DNA of 64,000 bases from Rhizodiscina lignyota (GCA_010015805.1 ML978129.1:1-64000), one strand, 5' to 3'. Shown: positions 34,849 to 49,694, counted from the stretch's first letter. Notes: generated by a model from the letters alone, not told the origin. Numbers and translations: made by a program.

Positions 34849-36177
34849 TCAATCCTTGCGTTTCACTTCATCCGCATTCCCGTTTGCATCATGCACATTT
34901 TCCTCAGTAGCATCTGCCTTGCCCGCCTCCGCTTCATGAGCATCCTCCTTGATTTCAGCTGCTCCTGGGAACTCCTCTTCAGGACCATCGTTCTCGTGAG
35001 CTTCAACTTCTCCATTTGAAGCCAGAGTTGACTGTCCATTGATACCATCACCCTGGCCGTCCGCGGCGTCGTCGTCCTCGGGAAGTAGAACGCCTCCCTT
35101 TCTTTTTGGTATAACTTCCATAAATGCCTTAGCCCAATCACCAGATTCCAGCCACCTTAGCATAATCTCCAGAACATGGTTCGTTGTTAACACCTGTCGG
35201 CTGCTCATCTTGATGTACTCTCCGATGGGCAATTTTGCAGTCTTGACGTTCCTATCCATTGCATGCTTGTGGCAGATGCCCTTATGCCTGTTACGATCCA
35301 CGAGCCCGCCAATGACGTATGTGACACCAGCTTTGAGTTCAGTCAAAGTGACATCGCTGTCACTGGACAGATACACGACCTCGGCTTGCTCCTTTGAAGT
35401 GTCATTTGTTGCATCAGCCTCGGCAGGCTTCGAGAGTGCACTTCTCAAATTCTCTAGATCTTTGACCTGCATCCAAGTGCGCGCTCGTTCAGCGACTTGA
35501 ACAAAATCATCGTCGAACGTTCTGAAACCCCTCCAGGATTTGTAGTTCTTTGACAGCACAGTGTCAAATCGCTCCTTTAGGCGTCCATTGAAGGAGCTGA
35601 CAGCAAGATGAGCCCTGAAGCGAGCATTCTTGTTTTCTGAATAACATCGTGTCAATTGGCCTGCCAAGGAGACAATCTCATTCTCTGTCATGAGACTGTC
35701 AAAGTTACAGTCAACAATGCACGTAATTGGCACTTGTTGGCCGGGAGGCTTCTTCGACCGATCTGATTCCTTTGACTGCTCGCCTGCCTCCCGGGCAGCA
35801 CGATCACGCTCTTTCTTTCGATGCTTCTGCTCTTTGCGTCTGGCCTTGCGCTCGGGCGCCTTCGCCTCCCACTCTTGTTTCTTTCTCAATTTCTTTAACT
35901 GGTTCTTGGAAAGTCCTGTTGGATTTTCGGTCGTCCTAGTTCCATCTTGACTGCTATGGTTCTCAAGCTGAGTTCCTAGCTCTTCAGTAGGTTCGGTGTG
36001 CCCCTGGGGTATCGAGCTATTCTCGCTTGGAAGCTTAAATGGCTTGGATTCGTGACCATTGGTTTCCTCAGCGGCCAATTCAGAGTTTTTCGGATTCAAG
36101 TCGGCCTCACGAGAAATTCCGCAGTCCCTATCATGATCAAGTTTTTGAATCTTTAAGGGTCGCTCGTCTGCTTCCAT
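34849..36177 (-). CDS. TRM10: tRNA (guanine9-N1)-methyltransferase Trm10
   Basis: LSKNQLKK, VYLSSDS, YVIGGLVDRNRHKG, LPIGEYI, VLTTNHV and VIPKRK motifs. Confidence 0.93.
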   Translation of the reverse strand: MEADERPLKIQKLDHDRDCGISREADLNPKNSELAAEETNGHESKPFKLPSENSSIPQGHTEPTEELGTQLENHSSQDGTRTTENPTGLSKNQLKKLRKKQEWEAKAPERKARRKEQKHRKKERDRAAREAGEQSKESDRSKKPPGQQVPITCIVDCNFDSLMTENEIVSLAGQLTRCYSENKNARFRAHLAVSSFNGRLKERFDTVLSKNYKSWRGFRTFDDDFVQVAERARTWMQVKDLENLRSALSKPAEADATNDTSKEQAEVVYLSSDSDVTLTELKAGVTYVIGGLVDRNRHKGICHKHAMDRNVKTAKLPIGEYIKMSSRQVLTTNHVLEIMLRWLESGDWAKAFMEVIPKRKGGVLLPEDDDAADGQGDGINGQSTLASNGEVEAHENDGPEEEFPGAAEIKEDAHEAEAGKADATEENVHDANGNADEVKRKD

Positions 36178-36579
36178 GCTGATCACTGAAGACGAATTAT
36201 CTTCTCAACTGGAAAAGATCCTTTTCGCAGTTGCTGAGCCACAAGCTTCACGGGAGAATCCCGGCCGGCCAATGTCCGGTCATCTTTCGGCGCTTGGATA
36301 ACCCGAAGCTACCTCAAGCCTCAGACGTAACGCGTCAGTTTTCTCGATTCCACCTCCATCGAACGCAAAGAGGCAGACTGTGCATTACGGGAACGCGAAG
36401 TCCACGCTTCAAATCGCGTCTTTCACGCAATGCCTACCTCTGACATCTTCCAAACAGCTTGAAGTTCCGTGACCAACCAGCATTCACTAAGTCCAAAGTT
36501 TTTATCCTCTTCCGAATTTCACAACTTCCTCGACATTCACTGCCAACTCTCCGTATCCCTTTCTTCAGCCTTCTTCAAG

Positions 36580-37962
36580 ATGCCTCTCGGTTTCGAGCGC
36601 CTGAATGAACGCACCAAGCGGCCTAACGAGCTCATCAATTTCATAAAGCCATTACCAGGTCCAGACGAAGCTCTAGCGAGAGACTTTCTCGAACGAGTCG
36701 CAGCAGTATGCTACCCCATCATGAAGCGCAACCATATCGCGGTCATGTCTCTCGAAGAGTATGAGCCGAATCGAGAGTTCATCGGACGCAATTTCAACAA
36801 TGGCGAAGTCATCCAACTTGTTCTCAAGGCACCATCTACTGGACAATGGGTACCATTCAAGCACGTCCAGATGGTAATGATGCATGAGCTGGCGCACTGC
36901 AAGCAGATGAATCACTCAAAGGCGTTCTGGAAGGTCAGAGATGTCTACGCGGAGGAGCTTCGTGGACTATGGGCAAAGAATTATACTGGAGAGGGACTGT
37001 GGGGAAGGGGACAGACCTTGTTGAGTGGCCAATACGACACCGATGTGATGCCTGAGGCTATTCAAGATATTGACAGACTATGCGGTGGCACGTTCCGTAG
37101 CAGGGGACGCAAGAGGAAGAGAGAGAAACCTCAGCTCACGTATGCCGAGAAGAAACAAAGGAGGATTGCAAAGAAATTCGGCAAGGGCGGTGTCTCGCTA
37201 GGCGCTGATGAGGAGGTGCGAACACAGCTAGAGGGCGGCAAGAAGGTCAAGGGCAAACCACGCGTAGCCAAGAGTGCTCGTGGCCGAGAGCTCAGGGCTG
37301 CGGCTGCATTGGCTAGATTCGACTCCGCCAAGAAAGAGGAGGTCAAGGAAGAGCCAGAGGAAGACATTCCTTGGAGCGAAACCGAGTCTGAAGGTGAAGA
37401 CGTCACTGGTGCCACGGCAATTGACACAGATGGCTCGAAAATGACCGATGGTGAAGGACGGGATTTAGTTAACGTTTGTGGCGCGGAAGATCCGAACGAC
37501 GACGATGTCAAGCGTGAGATGCGCGAGCTGTTCGAATTCGGCTTCACTAAAGCGAAGGCAAAAGCCGGCAGAAGCAAGACAACGGAGTCACGGCCAGCAG
37601 ATGAAGGCGATGTCGAGGAAATACTGACGACTATTGACAATCACGGCGAGAAAACAACGAAAGAGCATGTACATGTAGCAGCAGACGAACCTGCCGAGAC
37701 ACCCAAAACTCCTGAACCGCCCGTTCAACCAGTCTTGACGCCATCTCCGCCATCATCGAGCACCTGCGGTGTCTGTTCTTTAAGCAACGCCGAAGGCGAC
37801 CTAACCTGTGCAGCTTGTTCAAACGTCCTCATTGTGGACGAGATGCCAAACAACTGGCGCTGTGACAGTGACTCTTGCAGCGGCTTAGTCTACCGCAATG
37901 CTGGAGATTGCGGCGTGTGCGGACTGTGTGGAGGTCCAAAACCATTTTCAATCGATGCATGA
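36580..37962 (+). CDS. WLM (Wss1-like) metalloprotease with C-terminal Cys zinc-finger-like motifs
   Basis: MPLGFERLNER start, EFIGRNFNNGE, HELAH zinc motif with NHSKAFW, RELRAAAALARF and a C-terminal CxxC array. Confidence 0.88.
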   Translation: MPLGFERLNERTKRPNELINFIKPLPGPDEALARDFLERVAAVCYPIMKRNHIAVMSLEEYEPNREFIGRNFNNGEVIQLVLKAPSTGQWVPFKHVQMVMMHELAHCKQMNHSKAFWKVRDVYAEELRGLWAKNYTGEGLWGRGQTLLSGQYDTDVMPEAIQDIDRLCGGTFRSRGRKRKREKPQLTYAEKKQRRIAKKFGKGGVSLGADEEVRTQLEGGKKVKGKPRVAKSARGRELRAAAALARFDSAKKEEVKEEPEEDIPWSETESEGEDVTGATAIDTDGSKMTDGEGRDLVNVCGAEDPNDDDVKREMRELFEFGFTKAKAKAGRSKTTESRPADEGDVEEILTTIDNHGEKTTKEHVHVAADEPAETPKTPEPPVQPVLTPSPPSSSTCGVCSLSNAEGDLTCAACSNVLIVDEMPNNWRCDSDSCSGLVYRNAGDCGVCGLCGGPKPFSIDA

Positions 37963-38442
37963 GCATCATTACCCTGGATGATAGGGGCAAACTGGCTTAC
38001 GATTTGCCGTGGGATTTATGACTTGCATGATTTTGACGAATATGATACCCCTGGCTGCTACTCCGTAGAATTTTGCTTCAACGATATGCACAACGCAGCG
38101 CGACGCAGCGCATGAGCTCACATAGATACCATCGCACATAATGCACAAACAGATCTAGATTTATGAAGACCGATTCATCCCTCATCTTTTGATTATGTAT
38201 ACATGAGATCATGCGCTCCGTTTCCCTCCCTCGAGAATGTGACCATCCCCATCCGAGACATCCCCGTGGCGAAAGCTCGGCATGGAGCGAGCTCCCAATT
38301 CGCCCGCAGCTCTAACTCCACGCCATAGCTCCGCATCCACATCGTCACAAGCACCTCTCGAGGTCTATATATACAAGTCTTTGGACCTTTGGCCATTGTC
38401 TCTCATTTAAACACAAATCAAGAATCTGAAATACAAAAATCA

Positions 38443-39084
38443 ATGGCATCACGCATACTCTTTCCGGCCAGCCGTGCGCTGGTACGGACAAATCTACCGA
38501 ACATACAACGCCGCCCATTCTCACAATCGCGGACATTGGCACAGGAGGCTTCTCCAGCTCCTGCAAGAAAACCTGTAGGAGCTTTTAGAGGAGGGTAAGT
38601 CGCGTATTTCGTTCTCCAAGATCTTCGCGGCTTCAGCGTCCAGTAAAGGCAAAAGCAATAGCACTTCCATGTTCTTACCCTTTTCGCGACAATATCAATC
38701 ACCTTGGAACACCTAGAATATGAAGGATAGATTGGCTAACTTTGACATTTTCCTTCAGACTCTTCGGCTTCCTTCTCGGCTCCACCCTTGCCGGCGCTGG
38801 CATGTACTACTACGTGCTGGACGAGTACAAGGTCTCGAACGAGCTGTTAACAGAAGACATCTATGTTGGTACCCGCCTTGGACACCTGGAGCGCTGGAGG
38901 AGACGGCTGGCCGCGCAAATCGGCGCCGAAGCTATCCCCGACGCGACTTCAGGGCCTGACCGGGCACACAAAGGATGATTGCTAACGACTGGGACTGCAG
39001 ACACTGCACGCGGCGGTACAACGTACGGAGGCGTATATCCAGAGCCTGGAGGAGAAGGTTGCGACAATGGAGAAGAAGAAGTAG
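38443..39084 (+). CDS. Small conserved fungal single-TM protein, probably mitochondrial
   Basis: Arg-rich presequence-like N-terminus, RKPVGAFRGG/LFGFLLGS TM, DEYKVSNELLTEDIY and a coiled-coil tail. Introns at about 38595-38758 and 38865-39000. Confidence 0.75.
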
Positions 39085-39998
39085 TGAAGGATGACTGAGC
39101 AGAAGAGACGTGTATGATAAGAGGACATAAGCTGGCAGGAAGGGCGTACAGGCGGCTGGCATACATATGGACGAGTAGGAAGGAGGACGAGAGCGAGGGT
39201 ACGGTGGCAGCGGACGAAGAGGAGCCGCGATATTTGCAGGAACTCATCTCTTTCTCCATTATTGATTCCCCATAACGAGTTCACGGCGCAAATGAGCCGA
39301 ATAATTCAAAAGAACGCAAGCTATATATTATGGCCTCTTGCTCTGACATTCTTGGCATTTCTTCTTGCGAGGGTAACTGGTGACATCCTCACCATCTCAA
39401 TGCCAAGGTCATCATCAACTCGTTCTAAAGGCTATCATCACCACGTTTGAGGATATGAGGTAATAGCTCATCGCTATCAAGGTAGTGTTGGATCAGGTTG
39501 TTTCTTCCCTCAGCACGCTGCTGATCCGTCAATTGGTCCATCTGAGGGCTCGTAACACGCAACTCTTGGCGGGGAAACGGAGGATTTCCACTTTGCTGAT
39601 TTCCCTGAGAGTATTTACCAGATGGGTACTGGTTTACCCGACCTTGCCATAATGACCTCGCGTCCTGAGAAGAGTATCTCGGCTGGTTTGAGATCTTCGC
39701 AACCTGGAAGCCTGGATCCCGGTCGATAACGTGGCCAAACATCTCACAATACGATGAGTCGAGATTCCGAAACCAAGAATATCCTTGTCTAAATATCAGG
39801 TACATACACGCCCATGCGTTTGCCCCCGTGTATGAGAAACGCCAGATTTTGAGACCCAAAGAAAAAACAGAATGGCCAGCCAGATGAACGTGAGAACGTC
39901 TCAGAGCTCTAGCAATACTACGGGGGAATTATGCATAGCCGGTAAAGAAAGAACCCATTCCGGCATAAACCACGGTCGCTTCGTAACTAGATCAAGGC

Positions 39999-41264
39999 CT
40001 ATCTCACCAATACAGGTGAAGCCTTCTTGGCAGCTGCGGCTGCCTTCTCCGCCAACTTTTGAAGCTGGTCTTGCCTCAGTTTTCGGAGATACCGGAAAAG
40101 GAGTACGAAGAGCAGCTCCATTCTGCACATATTGTTAGTATGATCTTGGGTCGAAAGGGGCCGCGAATAAAAGATCTTACCTCTCTTTCGTCATCATCAG
40201 CAAGCCCTGGACCATAAAACCTTTCAGAATTTGGGGACCAATGCCCTTGAAAAGGCCCCAGGGACCCTCGTGTTCGACGATGTAGGCCATGACTTCGCCG
40301 AAGCTCTTAAATGGCTGGCCGTTTCTGGCTGGTGGTGGCTTCGACTGGAGACCGACTTTAGCGACGATCAAAGGTTGCGTTGCAATTGTCGCAAGCATCT
40401 TTGACAGAGAGCCGAGAACTGCTCTGATCAGTATATTTCCAAGTAGCACTACAACCAATTTAACTTACTGAATGCCTGCCAAGGCCGCAGCTGCTTGCTA
40501 TTTGGGAATATTAGGTCGTGCAGTCTCTGATACGAGCCGTAAGTGATAGCGGGGTTTATGACAAGGACCAAGCTAGCTTTCAGGCCCCTCCACAGGCCTT
40601 GTAAGCCGTCTTCTTCGACGACCTCACGTCCGGTTGCAATCAGTCCTTTTCGGTCATATCTGTGGACTGTCTGCTGCCTCGTTGTAACCACCGCAACTGG
40701 TATGGTGAATAGTTGCGCCAATGCGCCCGCAATAGCACCAACACCAAGTTCGATGGCCGTGCCGGGGTGAGGAGAACCCGGAGGTTGATATGAAAGGTAC
40801 AAGGATCGCACGGCAGTATACCAGTAGAAGTAGGCAAAGTTCGTCGAAGCGACACCGAGCAGCGAGCCAGCCATGCCAGCATAGAGACCGACTACGCCTT
40901 CACTCTTGACAATCTTCCGGACCGCATCAAGTGTGCCATGGTAGTGCTCATGCTCAACGTGCGCAGGTACGACCGGAGTACCGTTTTGGTCGGGTTTTAA
41001 TTCCGGAGGTGGGAGGAAGGTGGATGATGTAGGAGTGGGTGTCGAGTCGGGAGCCTTCTTCTTCTTAATCTGCACTTGCAGTTTAGTTTTTACACTGCAG
41101 ATTGTCAGAGTCGTGGCCCTTTGGACTTGGGGTGAGACTGCGGAAAAGGAAAGCCATGGTACGTACATGTCTAGCGGATACACCAATGCATTGGCGAGAA
41201 CAGCACCAGTTGCGCCCGCTACCGCTGAGCCCCAAGGCGGCAGTTCCTTCGATTGAGCGGCCAT
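39999..41264 (-). CDS. ANT1: Peroxisomal adenine nucleotide transporter (mitochondrial carrier family)
   Basis: Carrier signatures (YPLD..KT, QPLIVAKV), NFAYFYWY, VINPAITYG and GPQILKGFMVQGLLMMTKER. Three introns. Confidence 0.85.
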
Positions 41265-41918
41265 TGCGAGAGGAATTCGGCGTCACCTACGCAATTTATT
41301 TCCAGAAGACGGGAAGTCGGTGTGGGCGCGCGTGCCGCGGATGACGTTTTGATAACGGGGAAAGCTCCTATGGAGAGTGGGGAAACAATGAACCAGGCGC
41401 TACCTAATCATGCTCGGAGAAAGGAGAAACGGAGGACAGTGAAATATAGAGTCGAGATAGGTGGCGACGGCAAGGTTCAGGCGGGAGAGGAGGGAATTAT
41501 GTTTTCGATGCATGGCGGTCGTGATGATTGCTCAGGTAGAGCGCTGCCGACAATCACCGACCTCGGTTGTCTTTCATCTCGGGGCTGGCCCGGCGGAGCG
41601 ACTGTAGCGACTGAGAGCCTGAGAATTGCGGGAACGTGGGATGCGCCCGTTCGGGTCTAGCCTGACTGACGCACGAAGACGCGCTCTCATGGCGACTTAC
41701 AGTGTGGCGCATGTCTTGGTGTAGCCTCTTGGAGTGTCTCATGGACTTGCTTCAGGTGTGAGCCACTTCCTCTCTGCCTCGTTGTTCCATGGTAAGCGTG
41801 ATACCTAATAAGTGATTTCCAGCCCTTTCCTTCCTCTTTCGCGCCTTCCTTTCAATGTTCGGAGCTTTCACTCTCGTGTTTTGTTTCCATCATGGCCTCT
41901 TCTTCACTTATACCAGCC

Positions 41919-44805
41919 ATGAAGGCTGAGCTCGAGGTATGCTGCCATTCGTCTCCTCGCTTTGTCAACTAACTTCAGGTTTAGCAGCTGGAGTCTCAAA
42001 TGGATACGGCGTCAAATCAGGACGAGGCCCTCGAATTAGCCATCCGTGCTGCTGAGCTGTGCATGCGTGCTCTCAAGATCGCGACAGACGCCAACGACAA
42101 GTCAAACTTCAGTTCCAAATGTCGGTCACTACTCGAGCAAGCAGAAAACATCAAATCTGGCAGAGAGCAGAAGCCATCAATCTCTGCAAAGAGCAGCAGG
42201 GTCCCTTCGAATGCTAATATAACACGCCGTGTGAAGAGGCTCTTAGAGCCAATCTCAACACGTCAACAATCCAAAGCAGAGCAAATTCTCGTTCTTCGTG
42301 CGTCGGACCTGAATGGTTTCAGATTCCCTCCGTGGAAAGGCGCGCCCGGGTCCAATGAGTTCGAGCTTGTCGCGGGACAAAAGCTCTTTACGTAAGTGTA
42401 GTGGGCACTATTATGATACACATGCTAACAATATTAGTGATTCCCCGGATCTAGTGCTCTCAAAGCATCAGATGGAAATTTTCGACGGATGGATGAGACC
42501 AAAGGAAGCCATACCGCCTCCGACTTGGCCAGAAAGGAGTTCAATTGAATACGGCCCAACCATGCAGTATAAAGATCCCATGGATGTGGTGCAGGATGCC
42601 GCTGCTGATTGCTCCGTCGTTGCGAGCTTATGTGCCGCAACTGCGAGGGCTGCACGCGGCCATCCTAAGGTAAAATCACCACTTCTTTCACCTCGATAGC
42701 CGGCTAAACAGATTGAATCAGATTCTCGCAAATGTGCTATATCCCTACGACGACACGAATGACCGACCTGAGATCTCTCCAAACGGAAAGTATGTCGTGC
42801 GACTGAACTTCAACGGATGCTATCGCAAGGTTACAATTGATGACCGACTACCTGTCTCTAAGACGGCGCGGATTCTCTATGTGGTGGACCGCAAGAATCC
42901 ATCTCTGCTATGGCCAGCGCTTCTAGAAAAAGCGTATCTGAAAGTAAGAGGAGGTTACGTGTTTCCTGGAAGCAATCCAAGCACTGACTTGTGGATACTC
43001 GCCGGCTGGATACCTGAACAACTGTTTGTGCAAGAGCAAGTATTTCTGAAATCTCATATGATGGCTAATCTAACCCTTACAGCGACCGGGTGAATCCATG
43101 TAACTTGTGGAAGAGGATATACAACGCTCACAACTATGGTGACGTCTTGGTAAATCTCGGTACTGGCAAGATGAGCAGGCGGCTTGAAAGAGATCTTGGA
43201 CTCGCCGCGCAACATGCTTATTCTGTCCTCGACCTGAAGGAAGAGGATGGCCAGCGTCTCTTGCTCTTAAAAAATCCGTGGGTTGAAGGCACTTCCTGGC
43301 GCGGACGGTCTCGTCATCAGTCTTCAACAGCGCTGACTGGGCAAAACGGAGACAGCCTCGTTGATGGGGATGCTAAAGATCCCACAGACTTTCCCAAGCC
43401 TCACGAACCGCATACACCTGGCACATTCTGGATTGACTTGAACAATATCATGCAGCATTTCGAGTCTATCTACCTGAGCTGGAATCCTGGCCTGTTCTCA
43501 CGCCGACAGGACGTGCATTTCGCTTGGGATCTGTCAGATGCAAACAAGCGAGGCTCGCCTGACTGTTTCGTGAACCATCCTCAATATGCGGTGTCCAGTG
43601 CCTCAGGCGGTGTGCTGTGGCTCTTACTGTGCCGCCACTTCAAAAACATTTCGGAACCCACAGACGACCTATTAGATCTGCAAGAAACGATGAAGAGTGA
43701 TCTATCAGGTCACATCAGCATCTACGCCTACGCACGAAACGGACAGCGAGTGTATACCAGCGATGGGGCACTTGAACGAGGGCCTTATGTCGATTCACCA
43801 CAAACTCTCTTGCGCCTTGATATTCCAGCAAATAGCACTTATACGATCGTCGCATCAGAGCAAGATCTCTCCACCTCCGTTCATACTTTTACTCTGTCTG
43901 CCTTTGCTAACTCTCCCATTTCCTTGGAACCGGTCACGGATAAGTACACGCACAGCATTACCGTCCCTGGTTCATGGAACCCCGCGAGCGCAGGTGGAAA
44001 TGCGACCTCACCAACTTACAGTCGCAATCCTCAGTTTAGTTTGACCGTCACCTCTCCAACCTCACTTACGCTACTGCTGGAAACGCTTCAACAAGACATC
44101 AATGTTCACGTCAAGCTGACGCACAGCTCCGGTGGCAAGCGTATCACATCGACACTCAAGCGTCGCGATATCCTGGTTGATAGCGGGGATTATCGCCGAC
44201 AATCGTGTGTTGCTGAGCTCGAAGACCTCGGCCCCGGGACGTATACTATCATCGCATCCACCTTTGAGCCTGATCAAATCGCGGCATTTTCTCTGCGCTT
44301 GGACAGCACTACATCGGTCACACTGAAGCGACTGCCCCCGGAGAACGCGGGTAGGCTTCCCCTGAAACTTGCGCCAGCGCTATTTCCAGGGTCCGCGACG
44401 AGGATCGCATGCTCGATCATGCCACTCAAGATGCTGCATCTCTCACTCTTCGTCCGCTACATCAACCCTCACCCGCCGTCCAACTCATCGCAAACATCAA
44501 AGCACCCACTGCCGCCGCTACGCCTGTCTATTGAGATAGGTCGCGGCCCGAACAGGCAAGATTTCTTCTGCAGTAATGGTGGCGAATACGACGATCCAGC
44601 TGTCGGCATAAGAACCGGAGACATCGACTTGTGGCCAGAGATGAGGAAGCAAGGGGAGATCATGCTCGTGCTAGAGCGTCTCGTTGGAGGCGCGGGGACG
44701 GAAGTCGTAGGCGGAGGCGAACAATTCGCCGTAGAATTGTGGCTGGAGGGCGTAGTAGACGTGGACAGGGCGATACAGATCGGCAAATGGACGGAATGGG
44801 AGTGA
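41919..44805 (+). CDS. palB: Calpain-like protease PalB/Rim13 (pH signalling)
   Basis: N-terminal MIT-like region, catalytic QDAAADCSVVASLC, HAYSVL and KNPW, then C2-like domains (GGNATSPTYSRNPQF). Four introns. Confidence 0.9.
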
Positions 44806-44960
44806 AAAGAGCTACGGCAGGAAAATGTTGCCGTCATAGTTCCTTCCATGTCTTGATGGCTGAAGTGAATAGTTACATCGCATGAATCTCCTTAAAGCCG
44901 CTGTAATGTACCAAATACCCGAAGCAAAACGCTCAGAAGATGAAACGAGGTTCGTAAGTA

Positions 44961-46394
<1,434 letters not shown>

Positions 46395-46763
46395 TCAGGT
46401 ATTGCTAGTGGAGCTTTTATCGGAGTATAAAGTAAAGCAACGCGATGTAGGTGGATGAAGTTTTGACGTTGCCTGGAGTCGGTGTGAGCGGCGAAAGTGG
46501 GATGCGGACGAGCAGGTTCCGGTCTATAGATGAGAGGTAGGCTGGAACTCAATCCACTTGTTCTAAAGTTCGACTGTCTAGTGTAAAGCAGTGCGCTCGA
46601 CTGGAAAGCAAAAGGTGTTGTGTGGATGTGAGTGTGATTGTTGTGACGCTGTTGTTGGAGAAACAGATGGATGATCGATGTCACGGCTTGGCGCGCCGCC
46701 CCGCGTTCAAACGAAAGTGGCAGGCGGCGATTCTCGTCAAAAATTTCAACAAAGCACACGAGC

Positions 46764-47345
46764 ATGGCGGAGCAGCAGAAGAAGCTGCAGGACTTGTCTG
46801 ACGAGTACCAGACAATCCAAAATGGTCAGTGCTGTCCAACGAGCGCTGCCGATTGTCCCTGCAACGGTCACTAACATCCCCCGCAGAACTCCAATCAGTA
46901 GTCGATGCCCGCCAGAAACTGGAGGCCCAAGAGCAGGAAAATAAGGGAGTGCAGGAGGTATTAGGATCATATCAAATTATGTGATACCTCCGAAGCTTAA
47001 CGGCGCCCAGGAATTTACCCAATTATCGGAAGATGCGAACATCTACAAGCTCGTTGGGCCTGTCTTGATGAAGCAGGATAAGAATGAGGCAATCATGGCG
47101 GTGGATTCTCGGTTGGAATATATTGGCAAGGAGATGTATGCATGCCGCGGATGCACATTCTTGCGACTGCTGCTGACGTCCTTAAGAAAGCGAGTAGAGC
47201 AGCAACTCACCGATGTTCAGAACCAAAGTGAGAAGAAGAAAATGGATGTGAGTATTCGCTCCCACCCGGACCGCACATACCTGACGATGGCATGTAGATC
47301 ATACAAATGCAGACCCAGATGCAGCCGCAAGCACAAGGCCCATAA
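46764..47345 (+). CDS. YKE2: Prefoldin subunit 6 (Yke2/Gim1)
   Basis: Five exons give RQKLEAQEQENKGVQEEF...IYKLVGPVLMKQDK...RLEYI. Confidence 0.88.
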
Positions 47346-47815
47346 GAGATGTCATTATAAGGTGGGGAGCATAGCGACGGCGTTCTGAGAGGTATCCGGC
47401 AGAATTTTACCTCTGCCTCATTTTGGCTCTGGATACCGTGAAATGGTTTGCGAGTACGAAGATGGCCCACAGATCCACGTCTCCTCTCGCATAGCGGGCC
47501 ACATACGTAGAATAGACGGATACAGGGTTCTATATCGCCATATCCCAACCGTTCCTAGTCATTCATTGCTGCGATTCTCACCTTTCAGAGATCCAATTCA
47601 AAAGGTTGGGCGTAATTTTATGAAGGTTTGGAACTGGTTTTGCATTGTTTCTAATTGCACCTCATCCGATCAAGCTGCGGAATGATGACAAGCTGAGCCC
47701 CAATCGTTGTTCCCCAAACGCCGTAAGAGCTGCCGGTCGATCCCACTATGCAAGGCCCAGAGTGTTTGTATGTACAATTGCCGCATGTAACATCTCGTCG
47801 AGATGATGAGTGCGC

Positions 47816-48294
47816 TCACTTCGTGTGGTCTTTCGGTGTAGCAGCGAACCAAGGTCGTACGAATCTGCTTCCCCATCAGTACGGAAGTTTGGCTCCACAA
47901 CTTGAGAAATCTTACCTGTCACTATTGTACGGGCTCGTCTCTTTGCCCAACAGCTCTTTCTCTCTCGCTCTATCCGCAAGATATCTCCGCACTTGATCGC
48001 GGTCTTCCTCTGCTTGTAGTAGCGGCATGATGTAAATGCGACTCCACACCTTCTCGCGGGCAATTTCGCTGCGGGGGGCCGAATATGTCAGTTGCGGAAC
48101 TTCGGACTACCCTTTTGAAAGGAGAATCTAGCGTACTGTTGCTCCCTTATGCCCTTGGCGTACCAGTAGAAGCCGTATGTCATGATGCCGGCCACCCCAA
48201 CGACGTACCAACCCGGCCGGAAGCCTCGAACGGGAAGATTGCGCTTGTATTGGACTGGCTCGTAGCCGCCCGCGGGCGGCATGTCCTGAGGCAT
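47816..48294 (-). CDS. NDUFA13: NADH:ubiquinone oxidoreductase subunit B16.6/GRIM-19
   Basis: MPQDMPPAGGY...YKRNLP, then REKVWSRI...PLLQAEEDRD and a last exon FVRP. Two introns. Confidence 0.92.
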
Positions 48295-49694
48295 TTTGGC
48301 GGCGTGGGAAGCGTGCTCTCGTCTTCAATGGGTTGGTCTCGAGCAAGACTTGGAGAGGTCGTCTGGTGAAGCTTGGACTTGGTTAACGGAGCGGAACTCT
48401 CAAATGCCGGGAATCAGCCGAAATCACACCGGAAACAAGGAGAAAAAGCTCGCAATCATGTCTCGTGAATTGAGGGCCCCTACGATGCTCTGATAACAAA
48501 TTGACCATTTGCTTTCAGTTCTTCAGAGAAAGAGGAGGAACGGTATCAGGGGATTTCTAGTATACATATAACTCAGACATCACAAGTTCGTGCCACGACT
48601 CATTTGTCTCCCAGACTTTCCAACAAACCCATACACTCATGTCTCGCCGACCTTATCATAGTCAGTCAATCCAAGGATCATTCTCACTTGACTGCGGAGC
48701 AACGACTGTTCTCGACTCCGATATATTCCCCCACCACTTCCACGCTTTCCCAGTGGCGTTGGCTCCTCACATTCCCCTGCTGTACCTTATGCACTTCCCT
48801 CTGGAGCTGATTTATCATTTCCCGTAGAACTTTCTTCCGTTGTTTCCTTAGGTTTTGCTCTTCGCTCTCCGCTTCGCTCTCCTGTGGTGCCTATTGACGC
48901 GGCTTGGGCAGCTCAGCTGCGAGATTTTCCACGCAAGCTCCAGATCAAGGCAGTCCAGCGCCGCTATTCTGTTGCTTCGTTGCCGTCCAGCGTGCAGTAT
49001 GCACTTGAGTTCGCCATTCTGGTCTAGCTCCACCAAAGCGGCAACCCGTTTTATTCCTGTACTGTCTACAAAGACATGCACATTGAAGTGTCGGGTGCAG
49101 TCCTCGGGGCGGTCGGCGTGGCGGGAGCGTGGTGGGTGCAGAACAGCTGCTTTTTCTTCAAGGAATTAGCCAAATCGTAAGTCATTATCAATGCTCCAAT
49201 ACCTAGGATATATGCATCGATGTTTGCCTCTATTTCTGCCTGAGTTGCCATATTTGCCGATGTGGAAGTTTTGGATGTGATGGTCATTTGGAAGAGGGTA
49301 CCTTACCTTGTCTACATATCTCCAGAGCACAGCACTCAGCAGGTTCGTAGGCGCCCACACCTTGTCATACCGTACGCGCTTTCAGAAGATTCACAGACAT
49401 TCACGGCCACGTATAGGCCGAGCTTATCCGAGTCTATACATTGTTACACTGTTGTATTCGTATTCACGCTGGAACGCATCCAGCATCAATGATTTGTTCA
49501 TGGACTGTCATTTAGCATTAGCCACAAGACCAAGCGAGTACAGGCACAACCCTTTCGGTTGTTGCAACAACGGCGTCAGCTCAAATTCCACAGCTGCCCC
49601 TTCAAGTCTCAAATACCAACCAAAGACTTTTCAGAACCTTGGATAAGGCCTTTTACAGCCAAGACATTCCAGGTTCGCGAAGCACTAGCAAGAA

